Shown here: positions 37,754-49,645 of the stretch, piece by piece
How the letters are laid out: the number at the start of each line of letters is the position of its first letter
How positions within the stretch are numbered: position 1 is the first letter of the stretch
Assembly: GCA_965644295.1 (NCBI GenBank)
Contig: CBFFRP010000089.1
Coordinates: 62,001-126,000, forward strand
Source of the DNA: Paraphysomonas bandaiensis
Lineage: Eukaryota > Protista > Chrysophyceae
Reading direction: 5' to 3'
DNA length: 64,000 bases
Position numbers and translations under genes: made by a program
The notes under the pieces: model-generated
The model's database searches: none
What the model was told of the DNA's origin: nothing
The model's input: only the letters and a program-made list of their open reading frames with translations

Positions 37754-38271
37754 AATCATATTCGTACTATAGTTGTTTAATTATTTCTAGTAGAAGCCCT
37801 AAGTGTGATTCTTGTAATGTATTCCGTAAAAGATAAATTATATACAACGCAACATTTACTTGTGATTGGTTTTAGTTCTTGTGTCCTCTTTCATTCTTGA
37901 AGTCGAAATTGTTTACTAGATAGAAAGGTTTCGTTTGTCTAAAAATATCTTATCCACATTTAGTCTCAAAAAAAGCTTTTCGGCTAAACATAACGCTCAT
38001 ATTAGCACCGCGATATTATAGATTATAGACATTCAACTTCAATATTCGGTTCGAACACCAGAAACTCTCTTCTATGTTAATTATGATATTAGCAGCCATT
38101 GGTATATGACTTCATTGTAATACACAAATATAGAGAAACCACAATGGTGAGTCAACTATCAAATGTTGTTTTCATCCTTCTTCTTATGTAAAAGGTCATA
38201 ATGATCTTGAAGTCAGCAGATGTCAGGTATATCAACCTTCTACTTGCTCAGCGTTTGCTTTGAGTAACAGA

Positions 38272-38485
38272 GTAAAAGTACGAAAGTGGTTGCACCTTGG
38301 TGCTTGTGGTGACGCACAAGCAGCTTTTACAGCGCTAAATAGTAGGGTATCAGAGTTAAGCACTGACTCTTAAACGCCGATTGAGACGTTCACTACTATG
38401 ATACAAAAGTGCTAGTTAGCTAAATTGCAATGCTACATTAGTTCTGACTCTTAAACGCTTATTGTTAATAATAAAATCTTATTAC
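38272..38485 (+). mobile_element. Diverged 3'-tail fragment of the non-LTR family
   Basis: AAGTGGTTGCACCTTGGTGCTTGTGGTGACGCACAAGCAGCT...TAAATAGTAGG...TAATAATAAAATCTT. Boundaries approximate. Confidence 0.75.
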
Positions 38486-39091
38486 TGAGTGCATGGTATC
38501 ACCAGGTTAAAAAAAACACATTATATATATCATTATTCCGATACTGATTATAATGATGTCAGTGCAAGCGATCTATCTTCATAATCAGTACTTCAAACTC
38601 ATGTACAAATTTCAACACCTCGGGTTGATATGCCCTCAGTATTCAGTATCCTTCAGTCTTCTGTGGTAGGAGTACATTTGTTGTAGATATTATAGAAATT
38701 GAGGGTTTATTGTTTTGAGTTGATCTACTAGTGCAAATTGCAAACGCTATGCATTGTTCCCTAAGCATACTGCATGGTGTACATAACACTGTATAAGACC
38801 CTAGGGATAAAGAGTATAGTCCCATGTCTTAATTTTAGAACTTTGGCTTTTCGCCCTCGTTTTAAATGAGCGCGGGGCGATATATCCTCCTTATTACCCG
38901 TGATTAAATATAACTATATCATGGATACAACTACGATATTTCTTATATTAGCAGTAGTCAGCAATTAAACATGGACACATAGTGATGCCAATTTTGCAAA
39001 TAATTAATGACGGTATACTATAATTCAACCGTTATCATGTCAAGTATAAATATCAACGATAACAATATGTATAACGCTGCAACGAGCTAGC

Positions 39092-40995
39092 CTATTCTGA
39101 CAAATGAGAGCAGCCACAAGCAACACACGCCGAATTACAAGAATCGTTCAGCAATGTACAAACACCGCAGCTCCACTGTTCTCCTACATTACTAGCGGGG
39201 CCTGTTTGTCGATCTCTTCTAACCCGTTCATTGGCGTCACAATCTACATTTGGGCTTCCTGTATTACCTGTGCCGTGAGAGGTATCAGTTTCCCTCCTCA
39301 CCCCCTGTTGCCTCCCGGCAGTATTGTCTCCCAGCATCGAATAAAGAGCAGAGCGAACTTCCGCCTGCCTAGATGCCGTCATGCCTAGTCCCTCCTCGAA
39401 GTCGATACTGTCCTGCGAACCTGACTGTTCATCACCGCTCCTGCTTAAGTACATATCACCATCACCACCACTCTGCAGAGACGGTCAAAGATAGCTGTTC
39501 GCAATTCCAAATACGTACCATTATTGCCAACATTTCTTCGTAAGAAAGCTCATCAGTTGTCTGAAGAGAGCCCTGGCGACGAGCAGGAGTGCCACCAGCA
39601 GAAAATGAGGGAGTGGACCAGGGCACACGACCCCCACGGACAGCATCTGACCCCTCAAGCATCCAGTGCTCCGGAATCTGCATGTCAACAAGCCAGTGAG
39701 TGAATCACGTACCACTACGTAGCACAAGCAGCTGTGGCAGAATACACAGCCACCACAGTATAGATACGAATTGTACCTGCAGAGTACTAGCAAGAAATAT
39801 CCCAGCAGAATCGAACATGAACTGTGGGCGCATGGTGTTGTGGTCTCCGTCCACTATTATAATGTTTTTGTCACCCGCATAGCGGTCATAGATCTGCTGA
39901 CTGAAGATGGAAAACACGAATCAAAGAATGATGCAATAAGCAGTTGTAAACAGGAATACAGGAACTGACAAAGTGGGTACACATGTAGAGCATTGTAGTA
40001 CATACAAAAACAACAACAGCGACAGTAGACTACATTTGACGCACCTGTGATGCGAAGGAACGAAGTCATCGCCTTGCGCAGCCACAAATAGTGCCGGGAT
40101 ATAGCACCTTAATCACCAACTTATAACACTATAACGCAAGGATGACAGTCAACTGCTCACCTGTCAGCATGCTCTATCGGCGTTAAGTCGTTGATGTCGA
40201 AGTTCGCGGCCTTCTGCACTGATGATCGTATCCATCTGCACCACAAAATATAAGTTGGATGCATTGTTGGTAGGTGTTATGTCAGCTAACGCACCGTATT
40301 GCCAGCCTAACTACAAACCCGGGTACATTAAGCCCATGTTCTTTTCCTTTCTCAACCATCTCTTCAGCTAGCATATGCAGACTCGCAAAAGCGGAGTCCA
40401 AAACCATACCTGCTATAGATGGGTCCCTCTCACCATGCAGTAGAGCTGTTGCGGCACCCATAGACCGGCCCCACAAGGCAATGGTAGATGTTTTGCCATT
40501 GTTTCGTAAGTTCTCTATGACACAGTCGAGGTCGTCCTTTTCATAGTATCCTAGGGAAACATACTCTCCTTCGGACATTCCAGAGCCTGCAAAGTCGAAA
40601 GCTAGCAGTGTAGAGCCAAGGGAAAGCACAAGAGCCAACTGTGGCAAAGCTTCCACTCGCGCAGAGCTATTGCCATGCATATATATGACGCAGGGCATGA
40701 CTTCATTAGGCTTTTCAAGCGGCTCCCACATTGAACACTTTATCGTCAAACCTCTTTTATTCCGGAGATCATAGTCAAGCCGCTGAAAAGTTTTGCCACA
40801 GAAATCAAACATCTTCGGTCCTAAATGCCCTTCCTGATATTGACACCGAGGAGGACGGACAATAGCATTCACAAGTTCTTGATATCCGTGCTTTATCATT
40901 TGCCAATAGGACATCTGTTGCTCCTCTGATGCATCTGGAGGTGGTGGCGGAGGAGGATGATTGGCACTATTTTCACTTGATGCACGATTTCCCAT
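39092..40995 (-). CDS. Alpha/beta hydrolase (YqkD/ABHD-like) with C-terminal RanBP2-type zinc finger
   Basis: CVIYMHGNSSARVEA, FDFAGSGMSEGEYVSLG, nucleophile GRSMG, DGDHN, C-terminal WSCGVCTLLNDSCNSACVAC. N-terminal MGN. Confidence 0.88.
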
Positions 40996-41639
40996 AATAA
41001 TAGTGAGCTAATTCAAACAAATATCTGATATATAGAACACGATCTGACCACTACTATAACAACAAGTCGATTGAGCAGAGGTTAGTTACCCTGTGCATTC
41101 ATGTCGACCGTATGCTGCTTCAAATGGACTTCTTATACTATAAACTGCATAAAGAGGTTCTTGACTCTTCGATCCAGAGGTGGGTGGTATAACGTAAGTA
41201 CTTCTCAATGGAATCAGTCCTATTGTGACACTGACATCAATTTATTATACCTCCTCACAGTGTATACTGCACACACATACAGACATGTACATATATATAT
41301 ACGCAGCAGGTGGAGAATATCAGCAACACTTTTTTTTCTGGTTTTGGACATTTCCGTATGAAGATGCAGAGAAATACGTATATGGTATACGCTGCTGTAG
41401 GGTGTACTGCTGCACCTGTATATTCGTACTTCCAGAATAGAAAAAAGGAGTGAAGGGCTCATATTCACATGGCTTCCACCATATAACAACAACATTCTAC
41501 TATAGCGTCCGCTAGAGCAGATGATCTCGTTGCTTTCATCGTGAAGGTGAGTTATTTTTCTCTGTTTAGTAATTGAGGCGGAACTTGGATAGTGAATATA
41601 TTCCAGTATCCTGGAAGGTAGCTCTGTTTAGTCCTTGTA

Positions 41640-43952
41640 ATGCAGGCCATCATGACGTCCCCACTGGCTCTTCGGCTTACTGAAGCCGGAGGAGTGGCCT
41701 GTATATTCAGTTTCCTTCAAAAAAATAACATATCAAAGTTATGCTCATTTGAAAACGATCGCCTGAATGAGCTAGAGGCCTTTAAGAGGAATCTCGCATT
41801 TGAAGGCAATGAAATACTCGAGCATCTATCGCACAATTTGTATCTGGAGCTTCGATCTATCCGCAACAAACATATCGGTGAATCATCTTTACATAATGCT
41901 GACGCTATATACTCCTGGGTGGCCACGACGGCTGGTGGAAGCATACCCTATCTCTGCGATAATCCTCCAAAGCAAGATGAAAGGATCAACTCTAAGATAC
42001 GCTACTTGTCTCCCACTCAGCGTTCTGTAGTTAGATTATCGAATCATACCTTAATCCCTCAGGCACCGGTGGTAGCAATCACAAATGCAATCCGTGAATT
42101 TGAGGCAATTGAAAATGAGATTGTTTCGACTTTCACTGCGAAGCAAATCCAAACTAGTCGCCTCATTAGTTCAATTAAATCACGACTGTATGCCGAATCT
42201 ACTATCAGCAAGGTAGAGGTCCTGTTTACACCTTTAATGCAAATAGCGGGGTGCTCCTTTTTCCTCCACTGTATGAGGCAGTCTGTGGCACACATGATAT
42301 CCTCTGACAGCATGCAGCATGCTCCACTGCCAGCACGTTGGAAAGCGGCGCTTTATATGATTCCCCTATCTTATGCAGCGCTTGTACTAAGCCCGTTGGA
42401 TAATGCGGTCTCAGATGACATAAATAGTACTCCATCCCAAGGGAATTCACCTTCTCGTGTTTCCCCTCCGCCCCTTTACTCGCCACTGCCCTTCAGACGC
42501 CTCCCTCCTGACCCTTTCAGTGGAGTGGTTCTCCCTATTCATCGTCCCCTCACTACCCCTGAAGATCCGCTTACAATACCTGCGGTGTTCACACACTGTA
42601 TTCTCCGACCTTTCACTGAAGGTGGTATATTTCGGCACCTGCTGCTGCAATCTCTACTCTCTGCCCCTGCCCTCCTCTCTCCGCTGAAGGCCCATACCCT
42701 TACTTGTATCGCCGCGACCTTGTCGCAATTAGCTTCCGATATATCGTCCAACTCCTTCTCGTATTACGCCCTTCTTCCACGCCGGGATGAAGACGGAGGA
42801 TATGAGAATTACGATCGCAATGCCCCTCCTATCGCTTCTAGTACCTTCATCAGTTTACCGTACCGTCCGCTCCTTTTGCAAGCTGTATGTTTCTTGACAG
42901 GAAGATTTTACTTATCTGTACTCATGGACGCGTCCCTTAGCCTTGCCCATATGATGCGTGATACAGCTTTGCGGACAGAAACTATAGAGATTGGGAACTT
43001 GCAGCTGTATCGCCCCTCTTGTGAGGTCGCCGCCCTCGTGGACCACTTGATTACTTCTCTGGGAATAACAGTGTCTCGACTGATTGATGTGGTTGGCGGC
43101 CGTAGTGCGGATGATCTCGCGTATGATCAGCTGGTGGAAAGCTTAATAATGACTCAGCATCGTACTGCTCATGGTGGCGTAGATCCGAAGGAGGGGATTT
43201 ATCTGAGCACCGATGAAATGCAGCAACTGCTGGATGCAGTAGCACTGCATTCCAGCAAGATACATCAGCCACACAAAGATGTCATGCCACCGAAATGTGC
43301 TGAGGGAACTGGCAATACCAATAGTGAGTCTCTATACAGGCTAGATTTGTTTTTTGACGATGACATAACGACTGCACTAAAGGTGAACGAAGACATCGAC
43401 CGAATTGCCTTAGATCGATATAGAGGTGGTAGAATTGATCTCAAAACTGCGAAGTGGTGTCTGCAGGCTATCTTGCATGATCCACACGGGCATATACTGC
43501 AAAATTCTTCTTTGCAGCGGGAGCTTCGGCACCGGGTATTTTATTGGGACAAGCACGCATCGGAGGAAGATATCCTCGATCTGCTGCAGGAGTATAATGC
43601 TCATATGTTGGAAAAGATCTATAGGAGCACTGATGATTTTGTCTTCACTTCTGGACTGCTGCGAATGATGGAGCTTCAAGGAAAGGGTGATGTATCGCAC
43701 GAGGACTTAGAAGATTACTATGACAAGTTAGAAGAACATGTCAAAATGTCCAGGGATCGTGAGGAGGTTTTCTTTCTCTCCTTATTTGGACTTACTCACC
43801 ACAAGTTAGACACTATATTATACAAATGGGAGCTGCAGAGCTCCGAAATTAAAGATTTAATGAGTAGTTGGGACGACTTCTTTCGGAGTAGTGATTTTAA
43901 AGGAAAGTTAAGAGAAAAAGCAAACCCTATTCCTGTATTTCGCCGTTCGTAA
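41640..43952 (+). CDS. Hypothetical 770-aa protein with hydrophobic segments and a degenerate CPBP/CAAX-protease-like motif
   Basis: Long uninterrupted ORF. RPFTEGGIFRHLLLQSL resembles the CPBP motif P..EE..FR..L but lacks the second Glu. The true 5' end may include an upstream exon. Confidence 0.7.
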   Translation: MQAIMTSPLALRLTEAGGVACIFSFLQKNNISKLCSFENDRLNELEAFKRNLAFEGNEILEHLSHNLYLELRSIRNKHIGESSLHNADAIYSWVATTAGGSIPYLCDNPPKQDERINSKIRYLSPTQRSVVRLSNHTLIPQAPVVAITNAIREFEAIENEIVSTFTAKQIQTSRLISSIKSRLYAESTISKVEVLFTPLMQIAGCSFFLHCMRQSVAHMISSDSMQHAPLPARWKAALYMIPLSYAALVLSPLDNAVSDDINSTPSQGNSPSRVSPPPLYSPLPFRRLPPDPFSGVVLPIHRPLTTPEDPLTIPAVFTHCILRPFTEGGIFRHLLLQSLLSAPALLSPLKAHTLTCIAATLSQLASDISSNSFSYYALLPRRDEDGGYENYDRNAPPIASSTFISLPYRPLLLQAVCFLTGRFYLSVLMDASLSLAHMMRDTALRTETIEIGNLQLYRPSCEVAALVDHLITSLGITVSRLIDVVGGRSADDLAYDQLVESLIMTQHRTAHGGVDPKEGIYLSTDEMQQLLDAVALHSSKIHQPHKDVMPPKCAEGTGNTNSESLYRLDLFFDDDITTALKVNEDIDRIALDRYRGGRIDLKTAKWCLQAILHDPHGHILQNSSLQRELRHRVFYWDKHASEEDILDLLQEYNAHMLEKIYRSTDDFVFTSGLLRMMELQGKGDVSHEDLEDYYDKLEEHVKMSRDREEVFFLSLFGLTHHKLDTILYKWELQSSEIKDLMSSWDDFFRSSDFKGKLREKANPIPVFRRS

Positions 43953-44526
43953 TAATCAAACTTTGATATTTTTCTAGAAGGAATTTCAATCACTGCTTGC
44001 TGTATCGTTATGTCGATGCTGGACGAGATACAATTGCAGTAGTATGTTGTTGCCCAACTACTGGGTAGCCGTTTAATTTATAATGTGGCTTCGATAGATG
44101 AAATAGTTTTCACTGGCTGACAGCAATATTCTCTTTTTCTCAGTAAGTGTGGAGTTGATTGCTGGGAATAATCTAGCTTACAATACAGTTGTAAATTGCA
44201 TGTATTGCTCCCTTGACCTGGGATTGAAAGTTTGACGGAGTCTCAGTAGATTGGAAACAGTACAGTAGTAATATTAGTAAGGAAATTGTATGTAGAAATC
44301 GGTAATAAATTGTATGTAATGGGGTATTGAAGGCAGTTGTAAGTAAAACTTTTATTACTGTGACAACGTATTGTTTCACACACTTTCAGTTTAGTAGGAA
44401 CTACACATATTCAGTTCTTAAGTACATTACAGTTTATTACTATTTAAGACATGAATACAACTACTTGTTCTGTTATACACAATTCCCACAGCACTCTTAT
44501 GACTATAATTGTAACCACTGCACTCA

Positions 44527-44721
44527 CTATTTCGGACCAGATGTAAAACCAATCCTAACATTACGAGCGGCGCGTTCACTTTGAGCATCTTCATTAGCGC
44601 GACTCGGGGTGCCCTGATGTCGACGCTTTGATGACACTTTATGCCACGTGCTCTTCATTTCTTCATACTCTCTCATATCTTCTGATTTAAGCTCTATTCT
44701 TGTGGGTTGTGTGCGCAGCAT
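44527..44721 (-). CDS. CDC26: Anaphase-promoting complex subunit CDC26/APC12
   Basis: N-terminal signature MLRTQPTRIELKSEDMREYEE, 64 aa. Confidence 0.85.
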   Translation of the reverse strand: MLRTQPTRIELKSEDMREYEEMKSTWHKVSSKRRHQGTPSRANEDAQSERAARNVRIGFTSGPK

Positions 44722-45018
44722 TGTCGGAACTTGATAACACACTTGCGAGAAATAATGATAGAAGAGGGATGCATATGTGTATAGTATACATACACACACC
44801 TGTAGCTACACTATGTACAGTATGGTATACCGTGGTAGCCGAAGCCGGGATACACCAACCTACCTACCGAACTACCTACCTATTACCTACATATTATACA
44901 TGCATACGTACCTACCTACCTACATATACATGCATATATGCATAGCAGTCTCCTCTGCAAGGCACGACACCAACAAGAAGTTGCACTATATTTCGTGTTT
45001 CATCCTCTAAATATCGCG

Positions 45019-46017
45019 ATGACCGAGCTCCTTACCCAAGATATTCTCCAACTGCAGAATGCAGACACATCCACTGCAATTATTTCTCTGCTGAACGACA
45101 ATGACACATTTTTAAAGCTCAGTAAATTCGAGGGCGATTTGATATATAGCAGAGACATGGAGGATGATACGAAGCTTGCGATTGGTATCAAAATTGGTGT
45201 GGATCGCGGAACACTGTCAGCTGATCACAATGCGGAGCCCTATCATACGATTGACGTTCTCGGTAAAACCCCTCAAGATGTTGTCGATATTATCCTCTCA
45301 CATGTTGGCGAAAATGCCCAGTCTGGGGCTTTGATTGTGCTGTGTGGACTCTCTGGTACTGGTAAAGGAACCACTGCTGCCCTACTATCTCAAGTTCTTC
45401 CCAACTGTGTGACATGGTCGAATGGGAATATATTCCGGAGCATTACCCTTTTGGCCGTGACGTGGTGCGAGCAGAACGGTATGAGCGAATTCAATGCAGA
45501 GAGAGCTCTAACGGATGAAAATATTTGTCATTTTATGAGTATGATGACTTTCGAAAAAGTGGATTCGAAGTGGGATGTAGTAATAAGAGGATTGGGTATC
45601 GATACCACTGTTTCTGCTATCCAGAACACGGATTTGAAATCACCTAAAGTTTCCAAGAACATTCCCACTGTCGCTCAGCAGACTCAGGGAGAAGTTATTC
45701 TTTTTGCCCGATCGTGTCTTGAGAAAATGCGCGCTGATGGACACAACATACTCCTCGAGGGGCGCGAGCAAACTGTGAACTATGTGCCCACCCCTTTCCG
45801 CTACACCCTAACGATATCTGACCCATCCCTGGTAGGAAAGCGTAGGGCCGCGCAGAGACTTGCTGCAGCCACACTGTCGGAGGTTAAGAAGAAACTTGCA
45901 GTAGGAACCCCGCCTGAGGGAGATGTATCGGCTGATCTTAAGACGAATAATGACGAACTTGTGACATCCACTCTACTCCAGCAGCTTCAAGTTCTCACCC
46001 AGGAAGCTGGTCTATAA
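45019..46017 (+). CDS. Cytidylate kinase (Cmk)-like P-loop kinase with N-terminal extension
   Basis: P-loop GLSGTGKGTTA, WSNGNIFRSIT (cf. Cmk DTGAMYRA), VSKNIPTVA, ILLEGRE. Intronless. Confidence 0.75.
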   Translation: MTELLTQDILQLQNADTSTAIISLLNDNDTFLKLSKFEGDLIYSRDMEDDTKLAIGIKIGVDRGTLSADHNAEPYHTIDVLGKTPQDVVDIILSHVGENAQSGALIVLCGLSGTGKGTTAALLSQVLPNCVTWSNGNIFRSITLLAVTWCEQNGMSEFNAERALTDENICHFMSMMTFEKVDSKWDVVIRGLGIDTTVSAIQNTDLKSPKVSKNIPTVAQQTQGEVILFARSCLEKMRADGHNILLEGREQTVNYVPTPFRYTLTISDPSLVGKRRAAQRLAAATLSEVKKKLAVGTPPEGDVSADLKTNNDELVTSTLLQQLQVLTQEAGL

Positions 46018-46374
46018 TGAGTATCATAGCTACCTCACAAATGTTCTTCTGGTACTACTAGTGTTAGCCCATATGTTCACAACCAGACCTTGTTTCGTTC
46101 CATAGATATAGGGATTTAATAACTGATTGGGTTCATGTGGATAAATATTTTTTTCGTTGCATACATTATTTGCTGTCGCAATTAATTGACAATTTTGTAA
46201 TACTAAACTACTACGTACTTAAGTAGCTATACATTTGCTGCCAATATAGCTTGCTCAACTTTCATTTCATTCCAGTGACGACGATTCATGCGTGAACACA
46301 AGGAGTCATACTTCTGCGAAATCAGTCATAACAATCTAGAATCTAGCTCTACTGAATAATATTTCAACCTTATT

Positions 46375-46464
46375 GTCCCTCAACAAAGTCGGACTCGCAC
46401 CATTTCGTGGTGTTCTGGGTGATAAGTACCGGAGAGATTCTCCCTGGGAAACTAACGTGAGCCG
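46375..46464 (+). ncRNA. Putative HDV-like ribozyme head (copy with L3 and P1 substitutions)
   Basis: GTCCCTCA...CTCGC ACC ATTTCGT GGT GTTCTGGGTGAT AA G..P4..C(46452)TAA C GTGAG. Confidence 0.5.
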
Positions 46465-46829
46465 GAAACATAGTCAGCAGATATTCTTCTGCCCACTCAT
46501 TGCCGAATGCCTGTGTAGACGTCTTTGGGCCCTGACGAATAAACAGAGATCCGGGACAGCGCCCACCTGAAGGGTAACCGGGGAATTGGGCTGCCTGCTG
46601 AAGTCAAGCATCCGGGATGTTCACCTTCAGAACTCAGAGCGGAAGTGGTTGCACCTTGGTGCTTGCGGCGACGCACAAACAGCTTCCGTAGCGTTAAATA
46701 GTAGGATAAAAAGTGTGTACTGATTAGTTACAGGTAGAGGTCTAACTAGTTTGTCTAGCATTCATCTAGCTACTAAGTTGGTGCAGGTTTTTAACGCCTA
46801 TTGCTAATAATAAGACTTTCTATATATAT
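46376..46829 (+). mobile_element. Bipartite non-autonomous retroelement (second full copy)
   Basis: 10-bp TSD AACCTTATTG (46366-46375, 46830-46839). Same head and tail as 6255-6738. Ends TAATAAGACTTTC(TA)n. Confidence 0.92.
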
Positions 46830-47924
46830 AACCTTATTGGATGTGGCATTCAATTTCAAGCTGATAAGTCCAGTACAGTACGTGTTAAGACGTGCTCCTC
46901 AGTTATCACCAATCAAGCAATGCGATCTGTTGATTTCCAGAACTAGATCCTCGCTGTCATAATCATATTCGTTAAAATGTATTAATTTGATCCTTTTCCA
47001 TCCGAGAAAGTGAGACTTCGTTGCCACCTTGTATCTTCACGACTGTTTTTTAGAAAGCAGAGTTATGAATAATAGTAGCGTTGTCGCCCAGACGTTCGAC
47101 AACCAAGTGCATTGTGATGAGTACGCCGAACAATGTACGAAAGTCGTGGAGATCGAGGTAATGCTCACCGACACACATTAAAAGAAATTCAAGTCATATT
47201 ATAATTTCACCAACATGTCATGCTTCATATTACTTGGAAGTAGACAAATCATGTCAGAGCCAAACCCAATTGATTACAAAAAGCAAATAATAGCCAATCA
47301 TTGAAAGTGTAGAGCTCTGCCTGAAATTTTCATGAATGATTTCGGACAGCAGTACAGAGCTGAAATTCTGGCACATGTAGTCAATGACACTTTTTTCCAG
47401 TGGCATAGCGAATTGTATGTTCAGAATGAGCGCATTTAAGATTTAAACACAATGTAAGAGTCATATAGTAAGTTTGAACCAATAACTAGCTGTATATCGT
47501 TTGTACCGCTTATGATAATGAGTAATAATTATTATACGCACCCTAAATACTAAATATATCTTGCCATAGTCAAATTGATGGCTTTGGTGTTGCGACACAC
47601 ATATAGCTATGGTATAAATAAAAGTGTAAATTCCGTAATCTACCATGGTTAATTTCTTAGCAAGATATTGTATGTCATACAATTTTAAGACCAATTCATG
47701 TGTCGAAGTCAATCACCTGCGTACAATAGCGACCATCACATGTACACGCAGTCAAAATAAAATATAATTACAACGGCTATAGTATAAACTATCACTGCTC
47801 TCGGGAAAGCAGTGTGAATGCGCGCTACCCACACTTGAGAGTGTGATTGTTTGATCGTTCGGAAATTGCTACTTCATTTCTGTATACTTTCGTCATCACT
47901 ATTTACTAAGGCACAGTAAAAGTA

Positions 47925-48521
47925 TTATGAATTCATCATTGAGTGATACCGTTGCGAAGTAACCTTTAGTCAAATATAAGGGGTAAAAGTAGAACTACGT
48001 AAATGTTACCTTGCCAACTTCATAGGTGTCCCCAGCACGAAAAAGGGAAGATGCGTACGATTTCGAATACTGCGGCATCTCTTTGCTGCAAACCTGTGCA
48101 CCGTAAGATAAACATCTACTTTACAATTAGACACATACTCTAGTAAAATCCTCCTCAGTGATGTAACCTCGATTTCTTCTGTCAAATAGACGATACGCTT
48201 GAATTGAACTATAGCCTTCGCGCTCTGGGCGTAATTTCAATATAATGTCACGGAAAAGCTCTCTTGTTATCGAAACTCGCGACTGTGCGTCTCTATCGGG
48301 GCACACCTCATCCAAGAGTAGTAATATTTTATCCTGTGATTATGTATCACAGTAAGATTATATGAAACAATACGCGATAAGGTTCCCACCTTAGTCATAT
48401 CTATCCCGTGCATTGCGATGATACCACATCGCAGCTGAAACATATCCATTTCACGACTGCCCTCCTCATTGAGGGTACTGCACTTTTTAAATATATGGTC
48501 TATGTTCCATTCGATATCCAT
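47925..48521 (-). CDS. Small EF-hand protein (EFCAB11-like)
   Basis: Four exons. AYRLFDRRNRGYITEEDF EF-hand loop, LRCGIIAMHG, LFRAGDTYEVGKVT degenerate EF-hand. Confidence 0.7.
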
Positions 48522-48904
48522 ATGTATAGGTCCACTGCAACTCACACAATGAGTAATCACACGATCCATGAACAGTCAACCCGATTCAATGTACTGCAGT
48601 GCAGTGTACCAGTCTTCTAAATGGACGAGCGAGATAGATTTCGAGGAAACCCCAGATAGTGATAAAAACCCGAGTTTTATGAAGAAAAGGGGCAGAATTC
48701 CAGTATTTTATATAAATCTTTGTCCAGATTTTCTTGATACTGCCGTACAAATGTCAGCACTCCCACTGTGAACATTGCATTACACACACATATATATATA
48801 TACCAAGTGCTACTAGCAATATCCAGATATCTTGTCTATTGTTACCACAGCACTCGAACAACACACATTCCTTAGTCTCTACACCCCCAGCACTGCTCTG
48901 CACC

Positions 48905-49645
48905 ATGAAGGCGTATCCCTATTCAAGTAGCTCTAGTTCCCTGTATGTAGTGGGCGCAGTTGTGTTCACTGTGGTCGTTATAGTGCTGTTTTCCTCTCTC
49001 GGAAAATCAAACGGCTCTCTGGCCGTTACAAAGGAGTCGGAATTACCCGGAGTAGTAGAAACATTCCAGTCGCACTTAGGCCCGGTGTCAGTGAGGATAT
49101 TAGGAGACCGGAATAATGTACCAGTATTGTGTCTGCCGGGCATCAATCCCGCTCTTGTTAATGAGTGGGTGCCTGTGGCGCAGCTAGTAAGTCAGAAAGG
49201 TTATGCGGTATACATCGTAAATTTCCACAGTAATCCGAAATCAACACCGAGTATGATGTATGGTGGTGTGACTACTTCTGATGTGTCCATCATTATTAGC
49301 GACATCATTTCAAAATACTTAAAGGCAAATGATGTGCTACTAATGGGAAAGTCTTGGGGGGGAGGCCAGGCTCTCCAATTCGCCGCATCGCATCCAGGAA
49401 TGGTAAAGAAGTTGTGCCTCATTGCACCAGCATCGTCGGATAGTAGCCACATCAAGTCCCTCCGCAAACACAATATCCCTGTATTGCTCGCTTGGGCCAA
49501 GGATGACTTCATGATATCTTTCTCAAACACTAAGTCCTGGCAGAAGATTCTCGGTGATAATCTCAAGTTTGTTTCAGCGACGACAGGAGGTCATAAAATA
49601 CTGCTCGAATATGGTGAGGAAATAATCAGGTTCATCGAGGAATAA
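48905..49645 (+). CDS. Alpha/beta hydrolase (ABHD14-like) with N-terminal signal anchor
   Basis: TM VVGAVVFTVVVIVLF, nucleophile GKSWGG, LCLIAPA, LLAWAKDD, GGH. Confidence 0.85.
   Translation: MKAYPYSSSSSSLYVVGAVVFTVVVIVLFSSLGKSNGSLAVTKESELPGVVETFQSHLGPVSVRILGDRNNVPVLCLPGINPALVNEWVPVAQLVSQKGYAVYIVNFHSNPKSTPSMMYGGVTTSDVSIIISDIISKYLKANDVLLMGKSWGGGQALQFAASHPGMVKKLCLIAPASSDSSHIKSLRKHNIPVLLAWAKDDFMISFSNTKSWQKILGDNLKFVSATTGGHKILLEYGEEIIRFIEE

Larger units (their letters stand above)
46180..47440 (-). pseudogene. Decayed hAT transposase, interrupted by a retro-insertion
   Basis: Minus-strand remnants FRTLFGVLI...ERLGDNATIIHNSAF*KTVVKIQGGNEVSLSRMEKD and, across the insertion, ATSNK|VEILFSRAR..IVMTD..RSMTP. 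Sequence 46250-46355 resembles 23810-23895. Boundaries approximate. Confidence 0.7.

Noticed and set aside
38030-38075. GGTTCGAAC B-box-like word (others at 14365 and 36076)
   Set aside because: No cloverleaf or A-box, so not called as tRNA.
38851-38881. GC-rich hairpin TCGCCC...GGGCGA as a possible Helitron 3' end
   Set aside because: No correctly placed CTRR terminus and no other supporting copy.
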